Of a stretch of 64,000 nucleotides of DNA, positions 35,890 to 48,131 are shown in pieces. The translations under genes were made by a program, and so were the position numbers. Numbering within the stretch: position 1 is the stretch's first letter; each line of letters opens with the position of its first letter. Origin of the DNA: Ramazzottius varieornatus (Eukaryota; Animalia; Tardigrada); the NCBI GenBank assembly GCA_001949185.1, contig BDGG01000002.1:248001-312000 (forward strand), read 5' to 3'. Under the pieces are notes generated by a model, which saw only the letters and a list, made by a program, of their open reading frames with translations, searched no databases and was not told the DNA's origin.

Positions 35890-38800
35890 CTATTTGTAAA
35901 GGGCTAAGCGTTGAGCAGTCTCTTGGAGCTGGACGAGAACAGCATCAGGTAGTTGGAGACGCATGGCGGAGCGCAGGTAGCCGTCGAACTTCTTGACGTA
36001 TCCACTCAGAATTTGCCTCCTATGAGCAGCGAGAAAAATCGTTCAGTCATATAAATGTTCCTTGGAGAGAAACACGAGCTAGGCAAAAAGAGCCCGACAA
36101 GACTGTCTTCCCAGTTGGCGCGCATTCACAGAGTAATTTGCTGCCGGCGTGCGTCACTTGGAATACAATCTTGAGGATTTTGTTCGCAATAGCAATTGTG
36201 TGTAAGTTGGTGACAGTACCTTCGTTCTTTGCTTAAAGACGATCGTCCATTGTCTTCGATCAAGGTATCGACGATGATGGCGTGGACCCGCAGCAAGTGT
36301 TGGGCTAAGACAGTCTGCGAAAGAAACAAACAGCAATAAAATTTGTTCACTGCCATCCGCTGAAGCAAAAAGCAGCTTACATCAGAGGCATATTTCTCCA
36401 GAAGGCACTGGTAGACATCCACGACAGAGGCGATATCTTGCTCGAAGCCGTCGACGATGCATTCCACCATGAAAATGGGATCCTGGGAGGAAAGGTCGGG
36501 CATCGAAGCATAGACACTTTCAAAGGCTTCCACTATCAAATCTACATACGAAGAACCGTTACTGAATGCATTCTTCAGCACAGCAAGATATGAACTTATG
36601 CAACTACCTAAAGCGCAATACTGGTCAGCTGGAGACAAATGGCCGCGTATCTTGTTGACTTCGTCGGCGATGAGGGATAACCTTCTTTCCCGCTTCAGAT
36701 TCTTCCTTTTCGCGTACTCCAGAGCTATAATGGCACAACTCGACCGTAGAGACTACATATAAATGATTGTAGCAAAGAGAGGTCATCGCACCGTTTCGAA
36801 TAAACTTTTTCCAGGTGTGGATGATGAGCGCGGCTTTGGCCGGTTCTCCACAAAGACTCATCACCACTAACGTCCACTGTTGCGCCTCAATCTCGTTTGC
36901 CACCTCGAACAACTACAAAACAAACAACTACCCTATAAAAGCCTTCAAAGAGCCATTTGACCTGCCTTCATAACTTTTATTCTTACCTTATTGGCATTTA
37001 GCAAATCGAAAGTCAGTTTGGCCCGAGTTTCCGGCGTCACCGTCACATCGAAGGTCCGATCTTCGACGTAGTTGTAAAGTTCCTGCTGCAGTTTCGCAAG
37101 CTGAGAAAGAAAGAAGAAAAGCAAATGAAACTTTGATACGGTTGCAAGCTCAGCACACAAACTCGGCAAAATCCTTTCCCAGTGCGCCACTTGGGAAGCC
37201 ACTCAAACTCGACAAGATCGTTTTCCTAAGTGGCGCACGCTGTTACTGTTATCGCCCAAACATGTGCGCCACTTGGGAAACCGACCTTGCCCAGTTTGTT
37301 CGCCCACATCAAAAGATAAAAAAGCATTGGAACTTACCGCCAAGTTAACTTTGATCGTGCCAAGGAACTCTGCCAGAGCCTGTGCATATCCCCTCAGTTC
37401 GAGCGTTTGACACAGCATGGAGATCCTGGTCAGAGCTTCCACCCTCTCGGTGATTCTAATCTGTGCCTTCTCATGCAGCGCCATTTCACTCAGCGCCTTC
37501 GCTGCATTCCACAGGTCGCCCTGCCTCTCTGCACATTCGGCCATCAATTTCAAGAACCTAACACTGCTCTCGACATCGTTCTGGCCAATACTGCTCAGCT
37601 TCCTGATCAGGTAATCTTTCAGGTAGGGTGAGCTACTAGCCATGGCATATCTGTCCAACTGCATGGAGAAACACCACTCAAAGATGGAAAAGTGTAAAAG
37701 AACATCGGACGAGTGGGTGTAGATCCAGTCTAGAACGAACTCCAACTTGGCCCGCGCGTCGGCAGGTCTCAACCCCCTACTTAGGGCCGTGCTGTCCCCC
37801 ATAGTCCCTATCCGGGCCGTGCCGTTCAACCCTGGACTAGCCAATGCCGTGTCTCGACCGCCTACTGGCGTAGCGAGTCCGTCCAAGTCACTCAACATTT
37901 TGGTGATCATTCCGTAATACCTAAAAGCGAAAAAGACTTTGTGTTATAAAGGAAAGGTCAAAAACAGAAAGGAAGAAGAACGATCGGAAAGGTAAAAAAA
38001 TATTCAAAATGCGTTTTTACTTTTGTCGTTGTTCCATGGCGGCTTTTCCCGCAGCGTCGGTGGGGATTTCATTGTTAATGACAAAGCGAACAGCGTAGTT
38101 TTGGAGATCGGCTTGAATGGCGGCAAGGCCACAAATTTCGGCAGCTGCTTCGTAGAAGCCACTTTCCGTCAGCCTGTCGACGATCTCCCGAAGACCCACG
38201 ATGGTGGCGTTGGGTCGAATCAGCTCTAGGGCGGTCTCCAACATGGCCCGAGCTCCGCTCTTGTCGTCGGCACTCTTAGCCTTATCAATCACTGTCAGAA
38301 CCTACCAAGGAACAAAGAGGCTGACCAACCGAGAATGTCCCTCATAGACCTGCATACATGCGAAGTTCCGAGTGAATAGGAAAGCACAGCAATAGCATGC
38401 ATGCAGTTAGATATCTACCGTTCGTCAAAATAACAAATCCAGAATACTAACAAAACTTCTTTTTACGTGTTTTTACCTTCATTGTGATGGCATCGTCTTG
38501 GTCAAATAGTTTCGGGCAGATCTCTTGGAGGTACGAGCTGACTTTCAGGACAGACTGCGTGTCGGTGCCTTCGTCAAGGTAGCGCTGGTGGATGGCCTTG
38601 ATGGTGGCGTCGACGACGGCTCTTCCAGTGGGATTGACCAGAAGTTCGGAGAAGGTGACACTGACGAGTGTTTCCTTGTTGTAGACCTTGATGACGTAGT
38701 CCAGAATCTGCGTCAGGCCTTCTTTCAGCAGGAAGTCCCACAGCCGCAGTAGCTGCATGGTGTTGTCCATTAGAGCTGCCAACGACTTCACCGATATCTA

Positions 38801-41800
38801 CCAACGACAAAACCACCGTGTCGATCTGAAGTAGCTCCAGTACAGCCCGAAACATTCCTAAGATTAACCAACTCGCAAAACTAGTAGACAAAAGCATTTG
38901 CTGGTCCTGCAAAATCGGCAGCCAACATGACATCGACCGCCATTCACTTGGTTACACGTACACCATCGCAAAGACCGCAACCGCCGTCTGTAGGTTCATG
39001 AGCCGCAATGTTCACGTACCTGCATGCCAGTACGGTATTCCCCCGATATCTCCACGGAGCCTGATACCCATGGCCCCACCTACGAAACGTACATGACGTA
39101 CGGCGGATAGGCGCGTATGTATGGATGACGTACGTCCTGTAGGTGGCGCCACGCGTAACGGGGTTCGCGAAGATATCGGGGGAATACAGTATACTATCGA
39201 AAACACCAACACAAGTGTAAGCAGGTACATGGAACACTGCACTACATACGGACTGCCGACCTTCAATTCATGCTCAGTATCCAGCTGCCGGACATTGTAC
39301 ATTCAGTTCTATCCACCGAAAGGCCCATAGTGATTTTTATGATGTGCAGAATACAAGAAACACGAACCATTTCGACTTTTGTGGCGTTGATGGCAACCAC
39401 GGCGTCTTCGGATGGGAGTCCTTGGTGGAGTCCTTGTTGGTTCATTCGTCGGTGCGGATAAAAGAGCTCGTTCCAATGCGTCTCCAAGTAGCGTTTGACA
39501 AGCGACAATTGATCGATGAAAACCTGAAACTCATCTGGAATGAATCTGAAATTCAGTTCGTAACCCAACCCGAAAGCGTTTACCTGGATGTCCGTCTGAG
39601 GGATGCCGCTGATCCACGCGATACCGCCTTTGAATTCAGCTCCAAAGACGAAAGGATGCACGTTCCATAAAGGCGCGATGATACGGCTGAAGAGGAAGTA
39701 GTAAGCGTCATGTTTAGCGGAATAGACGATCACTGAGCGTGGAGTGGACGACGGTCTTGGGGGCGAAGGTGTCTGTGTAGGAGGAAAGGTCCGCGGACCG
39801 CCCACCTTAACTGCCGAGGATGCTGCCTAAAAACCAGATCAAAAAGTCAATCAATAAATCCTCAGTTAATGAGTCCAATCAGAAGACAAAACGTCCCCAT
39901 CAGTCTATCATCCACTTGCGCCCACACCAAAGTACAGATGTGCGTTGAGAGGTGTATGCATGTCGGTGAAAGTCTGCAGAGAATAAGCTGGAATCATTTC
40001 GTCTACCTGCGTACACGCAGAGGTGGAAAATACCGCAAAGATGTATGCAGTCGCGTGATGGATCTCACAAAATTTCGAAAAAGATTGGAAATTCACAAAA
40101 ACTTTGCCAGTGGTCCCTTACTTCTCGTTCGACAATTGGGTCGCCACCGTAGACTCTAAGGATCTTGGTGGCTAACTTGGCGATCTCGCCGGAGGTGGTA
40201 ACGCAGGCCAGATGGAGGGCCAGGAAGCAACTTTGGAAAGGCGGTAGCCACTCGATGAACTCGCGCACTTGTGCAGACATGGGGTTATGCGTTCTCAGCA
40301 CTCGCTCTATGATGTCAACAGGGTAAGACTTCTCCAGCAGGTAGCACTTCTTAGAGGTCGAAACGACCAAGACTTTGCGGAATGTCATCAGCTGGTTCAG
40401 CGCCAGAGAGCGTGATTGAAGGGAGAGGGAATCCTGGGCGAACTGCGGAACTTCCTGCACTGCTTCAATCCTACAAGGAGAGCAGCCATTTTATGCGTAC
40501 GAGTAGGGATGCGCTTGAAACTCCATGGCAAATCACCGATATTTGTATATCATCTGGCAGCAGGGCAAACGAAGTGGACAAGGATGTTTTTTCTAAATAG
40601 CGCACAGTATCGGTGTTTTCGGCTGGCGATGTGCGCTGCTTGGAAGAGCAGCTCTTGTCGAGTGTGGGTGTTTTTTCAAGTGGCGCTTTTTTTAGTCTTA
40701 CAGGCTGAAAACGTGCGCCACGTGGAAAAACTATACATTGTCGAGTTACCAATTCATTCAATGTCAGAAGGGTTCGAAAGAAACTTGGTAGTAACGTAAC
40801 TGACCGGTAAGGGATTGACAGGACGCTGACGGACTCTCTGAACTTTTCGTCGTACATGTACAGGTCGCTGCTGGTGGACACCACATCGTCTTGCTCGTCG
40901 CCATCGCCGGGTGCCACCATCAGTGTCGTTCCTTCGGCGTAGAACGAGTCGGTAATGGTCAGATGAGCTGTCACCTGCGAGATGGGTGCAGAAGGGTTGT
41001 GGCCAGGCGGGAAGCGGATGTGCCCAAGAACGAACTCGCGCGACGTTCCCCGATACACAATCGAGAAGAACAGCCGAAGACCTGCAAGAGAAAATATGAC
41101 AGCGCTACGTTATATTTCTTTCCGAGTACAAACTACCTACCGGTAGAAGTCAGGAGAAAGAAGGGGTATCGCGTCGATTCCCACGTGTCGATTGGATGGA
41201 CCGAGACGATCTGCTTGATCTGGAGACGATCGACGTTGCGAAGAAGCGGTAAAGCTTGGTTGACGATATTCTGGAAGCTGAGGTGAACGTGACGGACCGA
41301 CGCGGTTCCCGTCGCACCCAGATCGTACAGGTCCACGTTGTTGTCCTTTCTCAACGTGTACAGTATCTGCAACGAATGGAATACTGTTGAAAACGGATGT
41401 CCTACCGAAATCGACGGCAGGACAGCGAACTGTGCATGATCGTTTTCTCAAGAGGCGCACATACCCAGCTAATAAGACTGAAAACGTCCGCCACTTGAGA
41501 TCACGATTTTTTCCGTTCGTCTGCCGGCCTCCCAATTACCCAAATATATTCGTCCAAAGTCCAAACTCAATTCCAAAATTTCCCTAAAGCTTTTCGAGAA
41601 ATCTACTTCGAAATCCGTTCTGGATTTTCACACTTGCCTTTCTGGTTTCGTCCATAATCATCTGGACGACGGGTTCTTTTCTGAAAAGTAAATGGAAGCC
41701 CGGCAAAGCCGTAGCTATCCTCTCATAGACAGCCAGTGTGCAGTTGGCCAGCTTTGGTCCGAACCACAGCCATTTACTAAAAGTATTCTGCTTGATGTTC

Positions 41801-43123
41801 TGCAGCTCACAGACTTGGCCTTCCATGCCACCCAGAAAGACGCGGCTATCTCGTGTTGTCTGAATTTTATTGAACCGCTGATCGTTGGTTGAAATCCTCA
41901 ACGAAAATTCGCCCGTCTGCACGACGTAAGTACATTCGTTCGCTGTGACGTTACTGAAGAGGACTTCGGTCAGCGTAGCGATCACCACGACGAAGGGAGC
42001 GCCATAGTGAAGAAGACCTACGAAAAGAAAGATTCAGTACTCCAAGAGAGTAGTTCATGTATATTTTTCTCACCTGGGCTTAACGTCGATAAGAGACCGA
42101 CGGCTGTGATGAACTCAGGGTACTCGATCGTCGTAAGATCCCTTGTGTTCTCCCAAGGCCAAATGTACAGCTTCGTTTCAATGAAAGCGTAGGCCATGCG
42201 AAGTGCGGGGAAGGAGCCCATTCCACGATAACCGTTCTGGTTCTCGTTCAAAGCGCGAGAGACGGTATCGTTCAAGGCGAATTCTTGGGCGATGCGGAAG
42301 TGAGAAACATCGCTGGGAACGTAGTCGTCGGGATGAGCGCCACTTGCGGAGGGATACTGCATCGCAGCTGCAGCATAGACTTTATGAAAATTCAGAAATC
42401 CAGCATGTCAGAAACAAAGCGTCAAAATTTGACGGTTTGACGGTCAAATTAAGCCAATCAGTTCGAGAGGAGAATCATCACGTGATCCACTGTAGGAACC
42501 ACCGAGTCACGTGTTTCCGGCTGAGTGACGTCAGGTACCATAAATTTCTTTTTTGCACTCAGGGCGGACGCCACCGCCTTGACTGAACAGCCATCAAGAA
42601 AAGGCCGTGCCCGGGCTAACTTACCAGCGTTTGTGCCAACAAGCTGGTCAGCTATGTCAAGCTTCATCTGGTCCTTCTTGATGCAATCTTGCAGGTAAGA
42701 GTTGGCCTGTTCGAGACTGACTTCCTCCCCGGAGGTGAGGGAAGGCAGACCCATGGAAGTCATGTCCGCCGAGTAGAAGGTGTTGTCCACTTCGTCATCA
42801 TTGCGAGGTGCGAGAATGGAAGAAAAGGACGTCTCGTGAGCGGTCGACAGTCGGTTATCGTTAGACGTCTGACGGTAAGCCATCCGTTCTCTGGTTCTCA
42901 GGATGGGGTTGATGGGCTTTTCAGTGGCTGGGGGTTTCGTGGCACTCGAGGAGGGTAGTGTCGGGTAGAGAGACGACTGTCGCGCTGGCCGAGCGATCGG
43001 CGACATGTCGAAGTTGGGCGAGCCCGCAATCACGGAAAGATCGGGCATCCGCCCTTGTCCGGGTACAGGCCGCATCGCTTTATCCAAGGGCGTCGAGAAA
43101 TGCAGAGGATTCCACTGCTCCAT
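35890..43123 (-). CDS. NUP155: Nuclear pore complex protein Nup155 (Nup170 family), multi-exon
   Basis: YPSASGAHPDDY, GMGSFPAL..AFIETKLYIWPW, RVFLGG..GQVCEL, VIVYSAKHDAYYFLFSRI, LHFSIFEW...SPYLKDYL, and a C-terminal solenoid ending LALYK* at 35890. Confidence 0.9.
36090..36180. repeat. N27 element monomer, Nup155 intron
   Basis: CAGTTGGCGCG-N27-TGCGTCACTTGG. Confidence 0.75.
37158..37298. repeat. N27 element (collapsed unit plus full unit), Nup155 intron
   Basis: CAAACTCGACAAGATCGTTTTCCTAAGTGGCGCA-N27-TGCGCCACTTGGGAAA. Confidence 0.9.
39033..39189. mobile_element. TA-flanked foldback MITE in a Nup155 intron
   Basis: TA-CGGTATTCCCCCGATATCT ... AGATATCGGGGGAATACAG-TA (1 mismatch); imperfect pairing continues for about 60 bp per arm. 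Confidence 0.8.
40572..40748. repeat. N27 element dimer, Nup155 intron
   Basis: Spacers of 27 and 26 nt. Confidence 0.75.
41435..41510. repeat. N27 element monomer, Nup155 intron
   Basis: GATCGTTTTCTCAAGAGGCGCA-N27-TCCGCCACTTGAG. Confidence 0.8.
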
Positions 43124-43991
43124 GTTGTCGAACGGAGGGAGAAAATGTCTACAAGCGAAAATGCATTTTTTGAAAATGACAATGCCTTGTCAGCCCGGCC
43201 TCGTTCACCTGCCAAGTCGCGCGAATCCTCACATACTATCTAGGACTCAAATATTAAAATTGTTTTGGGATTTCAGTATTCATACCTCTGATACGACAAG
43301 GAGATATTCAGGCAGACCGGTCAGGGAAAGCCAGAGCAGAAGAGTGATCCATTCCGTCCAAGTCTAGCAGCTCCGTCGTCGACAGCTCTCGATGTCCCGT
43401 GTCCAGAATTGGTGTGAAGCCAGCGGACAAAGCGGTGGGGATCATCCGTCAAAGCCTTGACAAGTCAGGAGAAAGCACAGTATACAGTCTAGACCAAAAG
43501 ACGTGAAGTGAAGAAGTGAAGAAGACGGTATCGATTGAAACCGGCTAAGTTAAAATATTTCTGTAGCCCCAAGCAGCCCCGAGCAGGCTGGAGCAGCCCC
43601 GAGAGCCAACTTTGCTTGCGATTGCGAGGTCCGGAGCTTTGGGACTGCCCCCGCGCAAAAGGTCAACGTCGCCAGTGTTGCACAAAGTTCACCTCGTCCT
43701 GCTTTCGCTGTAGTATTTGTTCCCGTTCCAGAAAGGCATTCAAACCTCACAAAGACTTGTGGTACTGGAAGATCCCGCTGTATATCGGACGTCCACACGA
43801 CGGGGAGGATAACGGAGGCCGGAGGAAGTAATGTCTATTTGATTGTCGGAAAGCTCGCTCAGTAGTTTGTAATAGCTGTAGGTTCTTCGTTGATCGTTGA
43901 TTGATCCGAGAACTTTGAATGTGTTGCCTGACTGGAGCACTAGCACGGTGACTACAGTTTTCTATCGCTTGTTGTAGATCCAGCAGGAGAC

Positions 43992-44357
43992 ATGGCACAA
44001 GGCCCAAGGGGGAAGCTGATAGCTGTGATGGGCGACGAAGACACGGTAGTAGGTTTCCTGATGGGAGGCATCGGAGAGCTGAACAAGCAGCGCCACCCCA
44101 ACTTTTTTGTGGTCAACAAGAACACCTCGGTGGGCGAGATTGAGGAAGCCTTCAAGAACCTTTGCAAGCGAGACGATATTGGCATCATTCTGATCAGTCA
44201 GAACATTGCCGAGATGATCCGTTACGTGGTGGACAGCTACCATCAAACGATCCCTACTGTCCTGGAGATCCCTTCCAAGGACCACCCTTACGATGCCAGC
44301 AAAGACTCCATCTTACGAAGAGCCAAGGGTATGTTTACCTCCGACGACTTCCGCTAA
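43992..44357 (+). CDS. ATP6V1F: V-type proton ATPase subunit F (intronless CDS)
   Basis: [23 protein letters not shown]...[29 protein letters not shown]. Confidence 0.97.
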   Translation: MAQGPRGKLIAVMGDEDTVVGFLMGGIGELNKQRHPNFFVVNKNTSVGEIEEAFKNLCKRDDIGIILISQNIAEMIRYVVDSYHQTIPTVLEIPSKDHPYDASKDSILRRAKGMFTSDDFR

Positions 44358-44658
44358 CTTTGTAGAAGGCTTTATAAAAAGTAGTCGGGCATGTCAGAGT
44401 TTTATCTAGTCCCTGCATTCCATTCGGAAGAGATTTGATCACGTTGGTGTTCTCGTGTCAGTCAGAACGGTCTACTACTGTAGTGGGAAAACTTTTCGTT
44501 TTCATTCAGTGTTTTTGTGCTTCTGTCGCTGTACAAAAATGCGCAACGGGAAATGTCGTGAATAAGTGTCTATGTATGAGAGTTCCGGAGATCATTGATG
44601 CGTTCGTCCCGAGCCCAATAAAAGAAACGGGTTCGGAGATAGTCTAACGTTAAGTGCT

Positions 44659-45374
44659 TCAAAGAGGTCCACCAGCTTCTCTTCTCTCTCCAGCTGTATC
44701 TCCCCTCATAGCTCTGTATTTTGCCATCTCGTTAGGAAAGCTTCTGGCTAACTCCACCAGAAGGTGAGCTCTGAATTTCTGTAGAGAAAGCAATTTCGTG
44801 ACTTCTACAGACTAACAGTAACAGACTGCGAAAGACAGGGAAACAACTGCATCATCTCGTCAACTTACTTTGAAAGCGTCGATCTTGCCTTTGACTTCTT
44901 CGTTTTTCTGTATGGATTTCTCCATGCAATCTTTGGTGTAACTCTGGGGATTCAAACCTTGATCCACGTACTGGACAACTTCGAAAGGGACGCGGATGTC
45001 GCCCAGAGCGCCTTTGGCATAGTCCAATTCCCTCAGGCCGTTTATCTGTCCATTTCTGCAAAAAATGAAGGGACTCGACAAGATCCTTCTCTTAACTGGC
45101 GCATGTTTGCATTGTAATTGGCTGATAGCGTGCGCAACCTGGTCATACAGTCTTAGTCTAGACGACTTGCTGTTGAGGTTCCATATTTTACTGTTACCCA
45201 CAATCTTTGGTTGATGACAGGTTGGCTGGTGGGTTGTACGTCCGACACAATGATTCCCAGCTCGCGATAACTTTCCATGACGCTTTCCAGCAGTTCCTTG
45301 AAATGGTCCAGTTGATCTCGTCCTGGCTGGTGATTCCCCAGTCCGGCGTTGCTCTGTCCGTAGGTATACTCCAT
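44659..45374 (-). CDS. MED10: Mediator subunit 10, 3 exons
   Basis: RELGIIVSDVQP..Q.VINQRL / VPFEVVQYVDQGLNPQSYTKDCME...VKGKIDAFK / KFRAHLLVELARSFPNEMAKYR. Confidence 0.93.
45072..45165. repeat. N27 element monomer, MED10 intron 1
   Basis: ACTCGACAAGATC..AACTGGCGCA-N27-TGCGCAACCTGG. Confidence 0.75.
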
Positions 45375-45997
45375 CGCAAGCCGTTTCTACTTCCAGCTTC
45401 CAGGCAGAAGAATCGATTTTTGGTTAAACGTCACAGGAGAACTAGAGTCTGGAGAATGAACATGAACGAAAAAAGATCTCGAGACGAAGTGACAGGGTAT
45501 TGCGCGTGCCTTGCAATACTGTAACGTAATATGACGCAGCGTGATATTGTATGACGTTCTGACGTCAGAGGACCGGAAGTACTCGCCCGGAAGGAGGGAG
45601 ATTTCAAAATCCATTGCGCCGCGGACCCCCTAGTCCCTAGAAAGACTTTCAAGTTTCGATCGCATCCCACATTCTGAAGCATTAAATGTGTCAAATTTTT
45701 TTCACAATCAGTAGATTCTCCCGGTAGGGTTTACAGTAGGAGTGACATTGCTCGACGTGATCATCATCATTTAGATGATAGGTCAACTTCAGTCCTCAGT
45801 CCTCATGCATAGAGTAGATGCAACAACAGACCAGAAGCTGCAAACATGACCTGAAGAACTATGCACAAAAGCATACGCTTTTACGTACACAGCTCAGAAC
45901 CGAAAGATGCTGGCGTAATCCGAGCTCGATAGTCATCTCCCACAGAAATTCAGCTTTTAGACGGCAATAAGAAATGAACAATAGTCTACTCCAAGAT

Positions 45998-47295
45998 TTA
46001 TTTGGGGAAAATAACCTTTTCTTCAACGAGCGCATTCACTTTACCATTCAAAAAGTCTCGTAAATGTGCCAAGCCTTCATAGAACCTGAGCTTGTCTTCC
46101 AGTCGTGGCCACTTGGATCCGCGCGGGCTGGATGACGGCATGACGTACAGGACGATATCCGTGCCTTGCAGATAGTCTTCCTGTCTGCCCAGCTGGAAGT
46201 ACTTTTTCCCGTAGAAAGCTTCGTAGATGCCGAGTCCGTTAAACGCTACAATTCTTGGGCGATACTGGAGGATCTTTCGCCGAAGTTCGAGAGCTCCTTC
46301 TTTTAATTCGGCCTTCGTGATGTCTGCACTTCCGGCGGTCGGTCGACCTACGATATTCGTAAGGCCGATGCCGAACTCCGTTATTCTGTCGTCATCATTA
46401 AAGGTTAAAGGTTCAGGAACTAGACCTGAGCGGTACAAACATGGCCCTGAGAATAAAACAATGCCATTGAGCGATTCAGATTCGCTGCTTGGAAACAATC
46501 CACTCACAGAAATGATTCGCCGGGTTCGCGTAATTGTGGCCACGAGTCGCAGAAAACCGTCCTGGATTAAACCCAACCTGAAGGACCAAAGCAGGGTGAA
46601 AATAAAACTATCTAGGTTCGCTTGAAGAGCTGTCATGAGCTCAGAGGTACCTGTACTTTACATAATTATGGGCAGGGACAAAATTAAAGGCAGCTGAGCG
46701 AAAGCGGTAGTACTCTGGTTGATTTATTTGATTGATCAATTTTAGCTGATCCGTCGTATTCCGTACCGCCTTCGCTCGGCTGCCCATAATTTTGTTCATG
46801 CCCATAATTATGTAAAGTACGTGTACTGATAATTGAGAAGGGGGAAGAACAAGAGCGTACTATTATAATGTCCAGACCTTCGCGCAACTTGTCAGCTATT
46901 CGGACGTCCTGTAACGTCTCCATGACTTTCTGTGCTTTAGAAGCCTTCTTCGGTGCGGGACGAGTTCTAAAGAATTAGGACGGGGGGTTCTCTTTAATAC
47001 AGCGAGCAATAAGACCTAACTGTCACAACAGTACAAAGTTCCTATGCAGTAGATTGGCCGGAAGTTGATTGAGCGTCTTCGGTACTCACCGTTTCCGTGA
47101 GTCTTTAGTTCCTTCACCTTCCTCGATCTGTTTCATCGTTGTCGTCGGACTGTTAACTGGTACGTTGAACGGTTCCGTGGATCCGCTAGTTAACGCAGAA
47201 CTTGAGGTAGTACTCTGTGGAAGTCCAGCTGGAGGCTTCTTTGACGGCTGGAACGCAAAGCGCGCAAAGTTGAAACCCGTGCTGCTCCCCGCCAT
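45998..47295 (-). CDS. TDG: G/T(U)-mismatch thymine-DNA glycosylase (TDG/MUG family), 4 exons
   Basis: Spliced product: LDIIIVGFNPG..SATRGHNYANPANHFWPCLYRSGL...GIGLTNIV.RPT...VAFNG...VMPSSS. Confidence 0.9.
46650..46823. mobile_element. TA-flanked foldback MITE in a TDG intron
   Basis: Arms of about 57 bp (GTACTTTACATAATTATGGGCA...GAGCGAA.GCGGTA) in inverted orientation, with TA at 46648-49 and 46824-25. Confidence 0.8.
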
Positions 47296-48131
47296 TACTA
47301 CTTCGCCGCAGTTGTCCAAACGATTGTGGTCTTAGTTCAACACAGACACTACAAACTACAACAAGAACCAGGCTACAGTTGTCGCAATAACGGATAAAAC
47401 TGTCAATCTTGCCGTGATAAGCTTTCCTGCCTTACCATCGAACTCGGCCACAGAGGTGGCATCACATGAACTACTTGTTACGATCCCAGAGTCTAGACAT
47501 AATTTCCGCTCCTTCCGCTTGGCGAAGCATCCAAACGTAACAGCCGAGAACACACTCCTTCTGCGGCTTCTGACAGGTGAGATTCAAGGATTTAGTATAC
47601 ACTATGCATCGGTGCTTCTAGTTCTGGTCCTACTCCTAGAGTAGAGCTAGACGTACAGTGGCGTCAAGTCAGCCTGTTATGTCATGCCATTTCTATCATG
47701 TCGTCATCCGTGAGCGAAGCCCAGCCAACATGGACGAGCTGCTAAATATGGCTTCCTTGAATACTGTCGGAACTCATGGTTGATTAATTGATGGACACTA
47801 CAAATAGTTTGTGCAAGGCCATAATTCAGCAGTTCATGCATGCCGATCAACGACACGGATCAACCATTCTAAACAGCGTTGGACCGTTGATTACCCAGCG
47901 AAATACCGAGAACAGTGATGAGCTGCTAAAAGGGGCCTTCAGTTGCACATGGCCTGCCAAAACCGCAAGCGGACGAAAACGGCGTTTGATTAATCATTAC
48001 AGACATTAAGTTGCCACCGCCAGATGAAAGTCCCACTGTAGCTAAGATGAGTTGCAACGTCACTCATAAGCGCAGCAGCTGATCAGAACTTTGAATAGCT
48101 GGGCAGTCACTATACTTCCCAATGCCAGCCA

